Source of the DNA: Patescibacteria group bacterium UBA4787
GTDB taxonomy: Bacteria; Patescibacteriota; Patescibacteriia; UBA2591; UBA4787
Length of the DNA: 64,000 nt
NCBI GenBank assembly: GCA_002402995.1
Contig: DHGX01000001.1
Span: 151,073 to 215,072 of the forward strand
Direction: 5' to 3'
In this document: in pieces, positions 56,114-64,000 of the stretch
How the letters are laid out: the number at the start of each line of letters is the position of its first letter
Position numbering within the stretch: position 1 is the first letter of the stretch
The notes under the pieces: model-generated
Database searches by the model: none
The model's input: only the letters and a program-made list of their open reading frames with translations
What the model was told of the DNA's origin: nothing
Position numbers and translations under genes: made by a program

Positions 56114-57100
56114 ATGTTTAAAAATAATAAAATTTCAGTAGTGATACCAGCCTACAACGAAGAAAAGTCAATTGCTTCGGTTATTTTAACCGTGCCGAGC
56201 TTCGTTGATCATGTCCTTGTAGTAAATGATGGGTCAACCGACCAAACAACTGAAATCGCCAAAGAGAGGGGGGCTATATTAATAAATCATGTAATCAACA
56301 AGGGGGTGGGAGCGGCCTTTCGTAGTGGCGTTAGAAAATCTTTGGAATTAAATTCAGATATCATGGTGAATATGGATGCCGACGGGCAATTTAATTCAGA
56401 GGACATTACTAAGCTTATTGAACCGATAATCGAAAAACGGGCTGATTTTGTCACTGCTTCAAGATTCAAGAATCCCGATTTTTATCCGCAAATGTCAAGA
56501 ATCAAATTTATAGGCAATAGGTTGATGTCCTGGTTAATTAGTAATTTGGTTGGTCAAAAATATTATGACGTTTCCTGCGGATTTAGGGCTTATTCAAAAG
56601 AGGCGCTATTGAGACTTAATTTATTCGGTGAATTTACTTATACCCAAGAAACATTTTTAGATTTGGCTTTTAAAGGGATGTCTATTGTTGAGGTCCCGGT
56701 TTTGGTCAGAGGAACAAGAGAATATGGCCAATCTAAAGTAGCTTCTAATTTATTTAATTATACATATCAGACCTTAAAAATTATATTGAGAACCCTAAGG
56801 GATTATAGAATTTTTAAAGTTTTTTCTTTTATCTCGTCATTTTTTCTTTTGATTGGTGTAGTTTTTGGATCATTTTCTCTTATTTATTATTTACGTTTCA
56901 ACTTTTTTTCTCCGTATAAATGGGTTGCCTTTGCCGCTGGTTTTTCCATCTTATTCTCGCTTTTAACCATAATGGCCGGCTTTATAATTGATATATTTTC
57001 CCGAATTAGATATAACCAAGAGGAGACTCTCTATCAAATTAAAAAAATAATTTTTTTAAAAAATAATCAAAGAGTAGATACCCCCGATTATAAATTATAA
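56114..57100 (+). CDS. GT2 polyprenol-phosphate glycosyltransferase with C-terminal TM helices (paralog of 49184..50131)
   Basis: ISVVIPAYNEEKSI...VVNDGSTDQT and ...NMDADGQ are present. Two C-terminal TM helices follow. Confidence 0.7.
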   Translation: MFKNNKISVVIPAYNEEKSIASVILTVPSFVDHVLVVNDGSTDQTTEIAKERGAILINHVINKGVGAAFRSGVRKSLELNSDIMVNMDADGQFNSEDITKLIEPIIEKRADFVTASRFKNPDFYPQMSRIKFIGNRLMSWLISNLVGQKYYDVSCGFRAYSKEALLRLNLFGEFTYTQETFLDLAFKGMSIVEVPVLVRGTREYGQSKVASNLFNYTYQTLKIILRTLRDYRIFKVFSFISSFFLLIGVVFGSFSLIYYLRFNFFSPYKWVAFAAGFSILFSLLTIMAGFIIDIFSRIRYNQEETLYQIKKIIFLKNNQRVDTPDYKL

Positions 57101-57101
57101 G

Positions 57102-59399
57102 ATGATCCACGCCATTAAGATAAAACCACAAAGAATATCAGAAATTTTAGTATTTTTTTTGTTGATTGGTTTATATATTTATAATATAACTAAATATTTT
57201 TGGACATTGCCGACACCAAGCGATCCGCTTGAGTATTTAGGTTCGGCAGCCTGGGGGACTGCCTATGGATTCTGGCCCTTTCTCGCCCGCTTAGCTTTAG
57301 CCGTTAACCTAAGAATTTTCGTTCTATTGTTCTCCAAGGCCTATTTTGCGGGAATGTTCTATATCGGTTTTATCAACACCGCCATCTTAATTGTGGCCAT
57401 GCTTTGGGCTTTTAGAAAGTCAGGATTCTGGGCAGCTTTATTCGTCGGTATTTTCATGAACTCTTCTTATCTGATGCTCGGCTGGGCTACCTATATTTAT
57501 CCGGATCAAACCGTCGCCCTTTATTCGTTGTTGGCGTTTATTTGTTTCTTTTCGGAGTTTAAAATTTATCGTTTCATTAACGGGACTTTTCTGGCAGGTT
57601 TTTTTACTGGACTCGCCATACTTTCTAAGGCTACGGGTTTTGGTATATTGCTGTTTTTTGTTATATATCTTATTTATAAAAAAGAATGGAGGAAAATAAA
57701 ACAATTTGCTATTGGTCTGTTTATTGGACTGACCATTGTCGTGTTCTTGTTCTGTCTTTTGTATAATTACCAGTCTTTTTTAGATGCTTTTGTGGAATTT
57801 TTTTATGGTTCGCTAGGGCGTAATTTGGCAAAAATTTATACTAATTTAGGTGCAGGATATTTTCACGAGATCATTTCATCAATAAAATACTTTCCATTTG
57901 TCGCACTATTTATTTTAATCGGCGCTTATAAAAATCAGAAAACCAAGAATTTATTATTCTTGGCTTGGTTCAATATTTTTTTGGTTTATCTTTTAAGGTC
58001 TTCGGCACCTTCTATCCCAACCTATATTTATACTGCTTATATTTTTACTGTTTTAGGAGTATCTATCTATTTAGCCGATGTTTTTGTGTCGAAACAGAGC
58101 AATCGACCAATAGTCAATTTGTCAATTTTGCGTAAATACAGTTTTGTTTTATTTTTTATAATCGTGCTTATTTTAATGGTCGTTGGTCTGCGATTGGGCA
58201 TTAAATATCATTCCGTAGAAAATTATGACTATAGCTATAACTATTTGAAGCCGCTTGATATTTACGAAACAACTAGTTTCCCATACCCTAATATTATAAA
58301 AATATTATATACTTTTATACCCATTCTGCTTTTAGTTTGTTTATTGGGGATTGAGATTCTGAGGCGAAAGATCTTTATTGTTTTATTTATTATTTTGACT
58401 GCTTTCGGCTCCTCTTTTTTCAATGGCGGCCTTGCTTATCAAAAGGCGAAGTATGACAGAGAACGGGCAGATTTTTTCTATAGAACCGCCCCAATTTTAA
58501 ATTTAGTAAAAGACAAAACCTTTAGTGTTTACGTCGAAGCCTGGAACCAGCAATCTTATTCCAATCGGCTCTTGTGGGTCTATCGTTTATTTTTTGACAA
58601 TAAATATCAAAGAGTTTTCAAAGATCAATACAAAGCGCAAAAATTAAACGCCGACGAGATCGAAAGTAGTATAATTTATATAGACAAAGAAAACGATATT
58701 TTGTCAAAAGCCAAGAATGGACGAATCTTGACTGATCGTCCGGATATAGTCCATAAATATTTTCCTTCCGCCATAGAGGTACAGAGGTTGACAGAATTTA
58801 ATAATTTAAGAGATTTGGTCGTGCTTGATATTTCTTCACAGTATTCTATAAAGAAGACGGTTAAATTTTTATTCCAAGAAGATTTTTCAAAATGGCCGAA
58901 CGAGACTAAGAAATTTAGTTCCTCTGAAATAGAGAAAATTTTGCCCCCGCTTAAAATATTGGGTTTAAGGGGGAATCATTTCAAATTTTTGCGGCAAAAT
59001 TCAGGAGAAGATAATTATGTCAGGATTAATTTGAATAAAATAAATAACAGAGAAAAACCAGAAATTAATCTTGGTTATATTGTTAGCCTCCTAGAAATTT
59101 TAGAAAAAGACAAAAACCAACCATTATTTGTCACCCTTGAGGTGGTGGCACGAACTTCTGCTAATCAAAAGAATCAACCCCCCTTTATTTTTATTCAAGA
59201 CAAGGTTAATGAGGACTGGGATTTGACTAAGATTAATATGCCGGGAGATAGATGGGGAGAATACGTTGCAACTAAAAAATTAAGAGACGGCGCTAAAGAT
59301 TTTTTGGCTGGTATAGGATTTTTGCCAAGTTCCGTAGAGAGCTATTTAGACGTTAAAAGCATAAAAATATCCGTTTGGTCTGTGGCTGACAACAAATAA
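57102..59399 (+). CDS. large GT-C-fold membrane glycosyltransferase (ArnT/PMT-like) with a C-terminal extracytoplasmic domain of about 350 aa
   Basis: It has about 12 TM helices followed by a soluble domain. It is translationally coupled to the GT2 gene (TAAgATG). Confidence 0.4.
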   Translation: MIHAIKIKPQRISEILVFFLLIGLYIYNITKYFWTLPTPSDPLEYLGSAAWGTAYGFWPFLARLALAVNLRIFVLLFSKAYFAGMFYIGFINTAILIVAMLWAFRKSGFWAALFVGIFMNSSYLMLGWATYIYPDQTVALYSLLAFICFFSEFKIYRFINGTFLAGFFTGLAILSKATGFGILLFFVIYLIYKKEWRKIKQFAIGLFIGLTIVVFLFCLLYNYQSFLDAFVEFFYGSLGRNLAKIYTNLGAGYFHEIISSIKYFPFVALFILIGAYKNQKTKNLLFLAWFNIFLVYLLRSSAPSIPTYIYTAYIFTVLGVSIYLADVFVSKQSNRPIVNLSILRKYSFVLFFIIVLILMVVGLRLGIKYHSVENYDYSYNYLKPLDIYETTSFPYPNIIKILYTFIPILLLVCLLGIEILRRKIFIVLFIILTAFGSSFFNGGLAYQKAKYDRERADFFYRTAPILNLVKDKTFSVYVEAWNQQSYSNRLLWVYRLFFDNKYQRVFKDQYKAQKLNADEIESSIIYIDKENDILSKAKNGRILTDRPDIVHKYFPSAIEVQRLTEFNNLRDLVVLDISSQYSIKKTVKFLFQEDFSKWPNETKKFSSSEIEKILPPLKILGLRGNHFKFLRQNSGEDNYVRINLNKINNREKPEINLGYIVSLLEILEKDKNQPLFVTLEVVARTSANQKNQPPFIFIQDKVNEDWDLTKINMPGDRWGEYVATKKLRDGAKDFLAGIGFLPSSVESYLDVKSIKISVWSVADNK

Positions 59400-59463
59400 T
59401 TTAATTTAGTCAAACTCAGGAAATTTCTATTCATAATTTTGCGCGATTATCATAATATAAAAT

Positions 59464-60585
59464 ATGTCCAAAATTATTTCTTTTGTTTTTAATGATTTTA
59501 CTAACGACCTCAGAGTTTTAAAAGAAAACATTTCTTTAAAAAATGCTGGTTTTAAGATGACAGTAGTTGCGACTCTTGAATCGGGTTTAAAAAAGCTGGA
59601 ATTTGTCAAAGATTTAGAGGTGCATAGAATAAAAGTCAATTATATCAAAGCTTTGCCGATTCAACTATTTTTTTACTGGATAAAATGCATTGTAAAATAC
59701 AGAAAAGAGGCCATATTTCATTGCAACGATCTTTACGCCTTACCTATAGGCGTATTTATTAAAATATTTTTTAATAAAAAAGCTAAAGTGGTTTATGATT
59801 GTCATGAGTATGAAACCGAGGCTCATATTTATGATGGCAGGAAGTGGCTGAAAATAGCTGCTAAAATCTCCGAAAGATTGTTGATAAGATATTGCGACGA
59901 AGTTATTACTGTCAGTGAGTCGATTGCCAACGAATATCAAAGATTATATAAAATAAAAAAACCAACCTTAGTTCTGAATTGTCCGCGTTTTCAGAAATAC
60001 GAAAAAAAAGATTTATTTCGGCAGAAATTTGGAATAAAACCAGAGACAAAAATAGTTTTATTCCAAGGAGAATATAGAAAGGGAAGAGGGCTAGAAATTA
60101 TGATAGAGGCCTTCAAGAAATTAAATGATAAAAATTTGGCTTTAGTTTTTCTTGGTTATGGGGCTCTCACTAATTTTGTAAAACAAGAAACAATGTCGTC
60201 TTCTAATATATATGTGCACGAAACGGTTAGCCTCGACGTCTACATGGACTATATTTGTTCGGCCGATTTCGGAATTCATATTATGGAGAATACTTGTCTG
60301 AATCATTATTACGCTCTTCCGAACAAACTTTTTGAATATATTATGGCCGGACTGCCGGTGATTGTTTCTAATTTGTACGAAATGAAAAGATTTGTTGAAA
60401 AATATAACGTCGGCATAGTTTTGCATGAAAATAATGTTGCCTCGCTTCTGGAAGTTTTAAATAAAATTAACAGTCTTGATTTAACGATTGTTCGAGAGAA
60501 CACCCAAAAAGTCGCCCAAGTTTATAATTGGGGAAATCAAGAAATAACCCTGATTAATTTATATAAAAATTTAGTTCAAAAATAA
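59464..60585 (+). CDS. GT4 (group 1) glycosyltransferase
   Basis: The C-terminus EYIMAGLPVIVSNLYEMKRFVEKYNVGIV is the GT4 E-x7-E/acceptor-site region. Confidence 0.55.
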   Translation: MSKIISFVFNDFTNDLRVLKENISLKNAGFKMTVVATLESGLKKLEFVKDLEVHRIKVNYIKALPIQLFFYWIKCIVKYRKEAIFHCNDLYALPIGVFIKIFFNKKAKVVYDCHEYETEAHIYDGRKWLKIAAKISERLLIRYCDEVITVSESIANEYQRLYKIKKPTLVLNCPRFQKYEKKDLFRQKFGIKPETKIVLFQGEYRKGRGLEIMIEAFKKLNDKNLALVFLGYGALTNFVKQETMSSSNIYVHETVSLDVYMDYICSADFGIHIMENTCLNHYYALPNKLFEYIMAGLPVIVSNLYEMKRFVEKYNVGIVLHENNVASLLEVLNKINSLDLTIVRENTQKVAQVYNWGNQEITLINLYKNLVQK

Positions 60586-60623
60586 ATAATATCGGACAAA
60601 GAAGAGATTGTACGATCAATATA

Positions 60624-61526
60624 ATGACTGACGAAGTTTTGTTTAAAAATTACATCATACCCGAAATCCCGCGAGGGAAAAATTTTTTGATTTGGCTAAG
60701 CCACGACGTAGACAGGGTTCAAAAGACAATATTTCATTCTATCTATTATTTTTTTAAAGAAAGGAAATTCAGCCACTTGCAAGACATTTTTTCTAAAAAT
60801 AATCCTTATTGGAATTTCGATCGTATAATGGCGCTGGAAGGGCAATATAATGCCAAATCAACCTTTTTCTTTTTAAACGAAACAATGAAGGCTGATATTC
60901 TTCAACCTAAGTCGTATATTTTAGCGAAAGGAAGATATGATATTACCAGCCCGAAAATTAAACAGATAATCAAAGCCATTGATAAAAATGGCTGGGAAGT
61001 GGGCTTGCATGGTTCATATCAGTCTTTTTTAGATAAAGAGCTTCTAACGAGAGAAAAACGAACACTTGAAGAAGTGATTGGCCACGAAATAGGCGGCATT
61101 AGGCAGCATTATTGGAATAATGTTATTCCCAAAACCTGGGCGATTCAAAGATCGATCGGTTTAAAATATGACGCAACGTTCGCGACAAAAGATGATATTG
61201 GTTTTCGCGAAAATATTTATTATCCGTTTAGGCCATTTGATGACGATTTTTTGGTGATACCAACGGTTATCATGGAATATTATTTGTTTAATAAAGCTGA
61301 CGGAAATGTTGATGTGGCCAAGAAGATGATTAACGATCTTATTGATTTTTGTAAAAACAAGAGGGCCGTATTTTCGGTTTTATGGCATCCACATTTTATA
61401 AATCCTAAAGAATTTCCCGATCTTTATAATCTTTACGAATATTTATTAAAAAGAGCCAGCGAGGAAGGTGGCTATTTTATCACTCCAAAAAATTTATTAT
61501 CAAGCGAACGAGTGAAATGGAAATAA
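60624..61526 (+). CDS. ArnD-like polysaccharide deacetylase/deformylase family protein (paralog of 50128..50916)
   Basis: The protein has NFLIWLSHDVDRVQ...AKSTFFFLNE. Its last 9 codons and stop lie inside repeat copy D. Confidence 0.5.
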   Translation: MTDEVLFKNYIIPEIPRGKNFLIWLSHDVDRVQKTIFHSIYYFFKERKFSHLQDIFSKNNPYWNFDRIMALEGQYNAKSTFFFLNETMKADILQPKSYILAKGRYDITSPKIKQIIKAIDKNGWEVGLHGSYQSFLDKELLTREKRTLEEVIGHEIGGIRQHYWNNVIPKTWAIQRSIGLKYDATFATKDDIGFRENIYYPFRPFDDDFLVIPTVIMEYYLFNKADGNVDVAKKMINDLIDFCKNKRAVFSVLWHPHFINPKEFPDLYNLYEYLLKRASEEGGYFITPKNLLSSERVKWK

Positions 61527-61571
61527 AATTTCCATTTCCGAGCAAGCGCGGATAACACAGGGTTAATACCC
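61497..61571 (+). repeat. dispersed ~75-bp GC-box/palindrome repeat, copy D
   Basis: tatcaagcgaacgagtgaaatggaaataaaatttccatttccgagcaagcgcggataacacagggttaatacccc. It is nearly identical to copy B. Confidence 0.7.
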
Positions 61572-61594
61572 CTTATTAACTTCGAACAGATAAT

Positions 61595-62428
61595 ATGTCG
61601 GAAGAAATTAAAAAATATCATTGTTCTGTTTGCGACACAGACTCTTTGACTTTGTTGAAACATACAGGTGATGCTAAAATATATAAATGCCTAAAATGCG
61701 GATCTACGATTAAAACAACGTCTCCAGAAGAGGATCAGGTTCGTATTTCTACGGCCGATTATGTTAAACAAGAGCTCAGAGACGAATATTCTAGAAAGAG
61801 AAAAAATTATCATCAATATATTTATGATTTGATTTTTAAATTTTCTGGGAAAAGGCATGGCTCAGTTTTAGATATCGGGGCCAATTATGGCCAACTACTA
61901 GAAATTTTTCAAAAAAACGGATGGGAAACATTTGGTATAGAGCCAAATGTTAAATGTTTGACGCAAATGAAAGAAAATGACATAAGCGCCTATGCGCAGA
62001 TAGATGACTTGATGGATGATGAAAATTACCGCAATAAAGCTTTCGACGCCATTACTTTTATAGATGTTTTGTATTATATAGATGATCCTATCAAATTATT
62101 AACTAAGTGTTATAATATTCTAAAGCCGGGCGGAATTATTTTGTTACGCACCTATCACAGGTCATATTTATTATTTTTAAGATTTTTCTTTAAAAATATT
62201 GTAAATCTCGTATATGGTGATTCAAAAATAGATTTTAGTATTAAGGGTTTATTCTTATTGGGGCAGATTACTGGTTTCAAGAAAGACAATATCACTATTT
62301 TTAGCGAACCGGGTTATATAAGAAAAGAGGGTGGTTTGCGATTAATTTATGATATTTTTCGAATTTTTAGATTAAACAATATTTTGGGTCCCGGTATTAT
62401 TACAATCATGAAGAAGAGCAATTCTTAG
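61595..62428 (+). CDS. SAM-dependent methyltransferase with N-terminal Cys4 zinc ribbon
   Basis: The zinc ribbon CSVCDTDS...CLKCGST is followed by motif I VLDIGANYGQL. Confidence 0.55.
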   Translation: MSEEIKKYHCSVCDTDSLTLLKHTGDAKIYKCLKCGSTIKTTSPEEDQVRISTADYVKQELRDEYSRKRKNYHQYIYDLIFKFSGKRHGSVLDIGANYGQLLEIFQKNGWETFGIEPNVKCLTQMKENDISAYAQIDDLMDDENYRNKAFDAITFIDVLYYIDDPIKLLTKCYNILKPGGIILLRTYHRSYLLFLRFFFKNIVNLVYGDSKIDFSIKGLFLLGQITGFKKDNITIFSEPGYIRKEGGLRLIYDIFRIFRLNNILGPGIITIMKKSNS

Positions 62429-62442
62429 ATAAAATAAAATCA

Positions 62443-63018
62443 TTGTTTATGTACCTGATCAAAGGAAACTATCGTTTAAAAAAAATGGCCAAACTTGTTT
62501 CCTCGGCGAATAGAGTTTTGGATTTAGGCTGCATGCAACAGCCCAATGTTTATTTAAACAATAAGATGGTTATTGGGATGGATCTTAACAACGGAAAATT
62601 ACCACCGAATTATAAAGAATTAGTAGTGGGCGACGTTATGAATTTGCTTAGTTTTTTTGAAAAAGATTTTTTTGACGCTATTGTGGCCGGTGAGATTATC
62701 GAACACCTGGAAAGGCCAATTGATTTTTTAAGAAATTGCTACGAAATTATGAGCAGTGGTGGTCAATTGGTGATTTCTACGCCTAATCCTCATTCGATTT
62801 TCGAGTTTTTGTTAACTATTAATTTATCAAGAAAGTATTTTTATCATCCTGTTCACGTTTGTCTTTATCCTCAAAGATGGCTCATTAGAATGTTTGAAAG
62901 GGCCGGATTTAAAAATGTACAAGTTATAGCCGGTGGCACCGAGTTGCCAATTATTGGCACTGTGCCTTCCTCACGCCTTCTGTCAGGGTTTACAATCGTT
63001 AAAGGAGTAAAGCCATAA
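62443..63018 (+). CDS. class I SAM-dependent methyltransferase
   Basis: Motif I VLDLGC is present, and AGEIIEHL follows. A Methyltransf_11/23-like fold is apparent. Confidence 0.5.
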   Translation: MFMYLIKGNYRLKKMAKLVSSANRVLDLGCMQQPNVYLNNKMVIGMDLNNGKLPPNYKELVVGDVMNLLSFFEKDFFDAIVAGEIIEHLERPIDFLRNCYEIMSSGGQLVISTPNPHSIFEFLLTINLSRKYFYHPVHVCLYPQRWLIRMFERAGFKNVQVIAGGTELPIIGTVPSSRLLSGFTIVKGVKP

Positions 63019-63029
63019 ATTAAAATTAA

Positions 63030-64000
63030 ATGGACAAAAAATATATTTGGCAATATCTTTTTGCGGTTATACTTATTTTATTTTCTTTAATTTTTGTTCT
63101 TAAAAATAATAATTTTAAGGTGTTGTCGGGCGTATCGTTCTCCGATGTCTTTGTTTCTATTTTTATCGCCTTGGTTATATATTCCATTTCCGGCTTGCAA
63201 TATTTATTTTTATTAAGGAGATATGGCCAAACTAAATTGAATCTATCAGACATTTTTTTGCTGCCTATTGCCATGAATTTCTGGAGTTTCATTATTCCTT
63301 TTCAGGGAGCGCTACTGTATTCAACGGCCATATTGAAATTTAAATATAAAATAAAAATCGCCGAAAGCTTTTCTATAAATATTTATTCTTATTTGATAAC
63401 AATATTTATAGCTGGCCTCATTGGAATGTTTTTCGTGATTAGGGATAAAATGTTTTTCTCAACCATTTCTGCAATTTCTTTGTTGTTTGTTCTTAATCCG
63501 TTTATAATTTTTTTGCTGAATGCGTTATTCCAGCGTTGGCATATACGACAAAACAACATTCTGTTTAAAATCCAGCAATTTTTATTCGCTATTGTTTACA
63601 ATACGAAGCTGTTATACAAAGACTTGCGCACGACTTTAATTGTCGTGCTTATCAATATCGTTCATACTTTTTTAAGTGTAATTTGGTATTATTGGGTTAT
63701 CTCTATATTTAAAATCAACCTTTCTGCTATTTCAGTGATAATGTTGGCGTTATTGGCCAAAGTATCTCTTATTCTAAGACTAACTCCGGGTAATTTGGGG
63801 ATAGACCAATTGGCCTCTGGTGGCCTTATCGTTTTATTGGGTGGCAAGGCGGTTGATGGGGTTTTGGTCTCATTGTTTATTACTTTTACTACTATTTTAA
63901 TAGTTTTTTCTCTGGGAGTTTTGTCTACAATTTATAATATGAAATATTTCCAGGCGACTGATTTTAAATCCATAATTAAATCTTTGCTTAAGCGCACATA
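63030..64000 (+). CDS. flippase-like (UPF0104 / LPG-synthase-TM family) membrane protein, 3' partial
   Basis: The ATG at 63030 opens a reading frame that runs to the window end. This ORF is absent from the track because no stop lies in the window. It is polytopic and carries LTPGNLGIDQLASGG, which matches the PGGLGVRE family motif. Confidence 0.45.
   Translation, partial: MDKKYIWQYLFAVILILFSLIFVLKNNNFKVLSGVSFSDVFVSIFIALVIYSISGLQYLFLLRRYGQTKLNLSDIFLLPIAMNFWSFIIPFQGALLYSTAILKFKYKIKIAESFSINIYSYLITIFIAGLIGMFFVIRDKMFFSTISAISLLFVLNPFIIFLLNALFQRWHIRQNNILFKIQQFLFAIVYNTKLLYKDLRTTLIVVLINIVHTFLSVIWYYWVISIFKINLSAISVIMLALLAKVSLILRLTPGNLGIDQLASGGLIVLLGGKAVDGVLVSLFITFTTILIVFSLGVLSTIYNMKYFQATDFKSIIKSLLKRT

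Noticed and set aside
63026-63292. Track ORF 63026..63292 (-)
   Set aside because: It is overlapped by a long plus-strand membrane-protein reading frame starting at 63030 that carries a recognisable flippase-like motif. The minus-strand ORF is low complexity.
1-64000. Alternative genetic code (code 25 / Gracilibacteria, TGA=Gly)
   Set aside because: TGA clearly terminates well-conserved proteins (for example the GT2 at 49184..50131 ends at TGA with a coupled ATG), so standard code 11 applies.
1-64000. CRISPR arrays, integrases, transposases, toxin-antitoxin pairs
   Set aside because: No direct-repeat/spacer arrays and no recognisable integrase, transposase or TA motifs were seen. The only repeats are the ~75-bp dispersed element, the 16-bp palindrome and a 21-bp intragenic tandem repeat.

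Overview
This is an AT-rich bacterial chromosomal window. TGA is used as a stop codon (for example at 50129..50131), so the standard code 11 applies, not code 25. The gene content and the many small, overlapping, translationally coupled genes suggest a reduced-genome Patescibacteria/CPR-like organism. That assignment is inference, not proven.

The first ~37 kb is mostly housekeeping:
- a partial ruvB on the minus strand, tRNA-Ile(UAU) and tRNA-Ala(UGC);
- a ktrB/ktrA-like K+ uptake pair, ruvC, mgtC and queA;
- a class A penicillin-binding protein (PBP), gyrA, a YebC-family regulator and a MurE-like Mur ligase;
- rpoB, rpoC, ftsK, a RodZ-like protein and recA.

Three accessory regions stand out:
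1. 17.1–19.3 kb: a tandem array of four paralogous VirB2/TrbC-like pilin-fold proteins. The first is fused to a Cys-rich region and a peptidoglycan-binding domain.
2. 20.2–23.9 kb (minus strand): a polyprenol-phosphate-sugar synthase (GT2) flanked by two GT-C-like membrane glycosyltransferases.
3. 37.7–64.0 kb: a large surface-glycan biosynthesis island.
   - Core machinery: a Wzz-like protein, an SDR epimerase, a Gfo/Idh/MocA oxidoreductase, a DegT aminotransferase, WecB, a Wzy-like protein, a GT4, a pyruvyl-transferase-like protein and a flippase-like protein.
   - Tailoring and carrier-lipid genes: six SAM methyltransferases, a CapK-like adenylating enzyme, two PP-loop sugar amidotransferases (one fused to a class-II glutamine amidotransferase domain), two GT2, two ArnD-like deacylases, a large GT-C and a FemAB-like acyltransferase.

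Two families of GC-rich palindromic repeats sit at gene 3' ends: a ~75-bp element in four copies and the palindrome CCGCCAGCTGGCGG in two copies. There is also a GC-rich, structured 5' leader upstream of ktrB, and a tRNA-like 3' fragment following tRNA-Ala. No CRISPR array, transposase or integrase was recognised.
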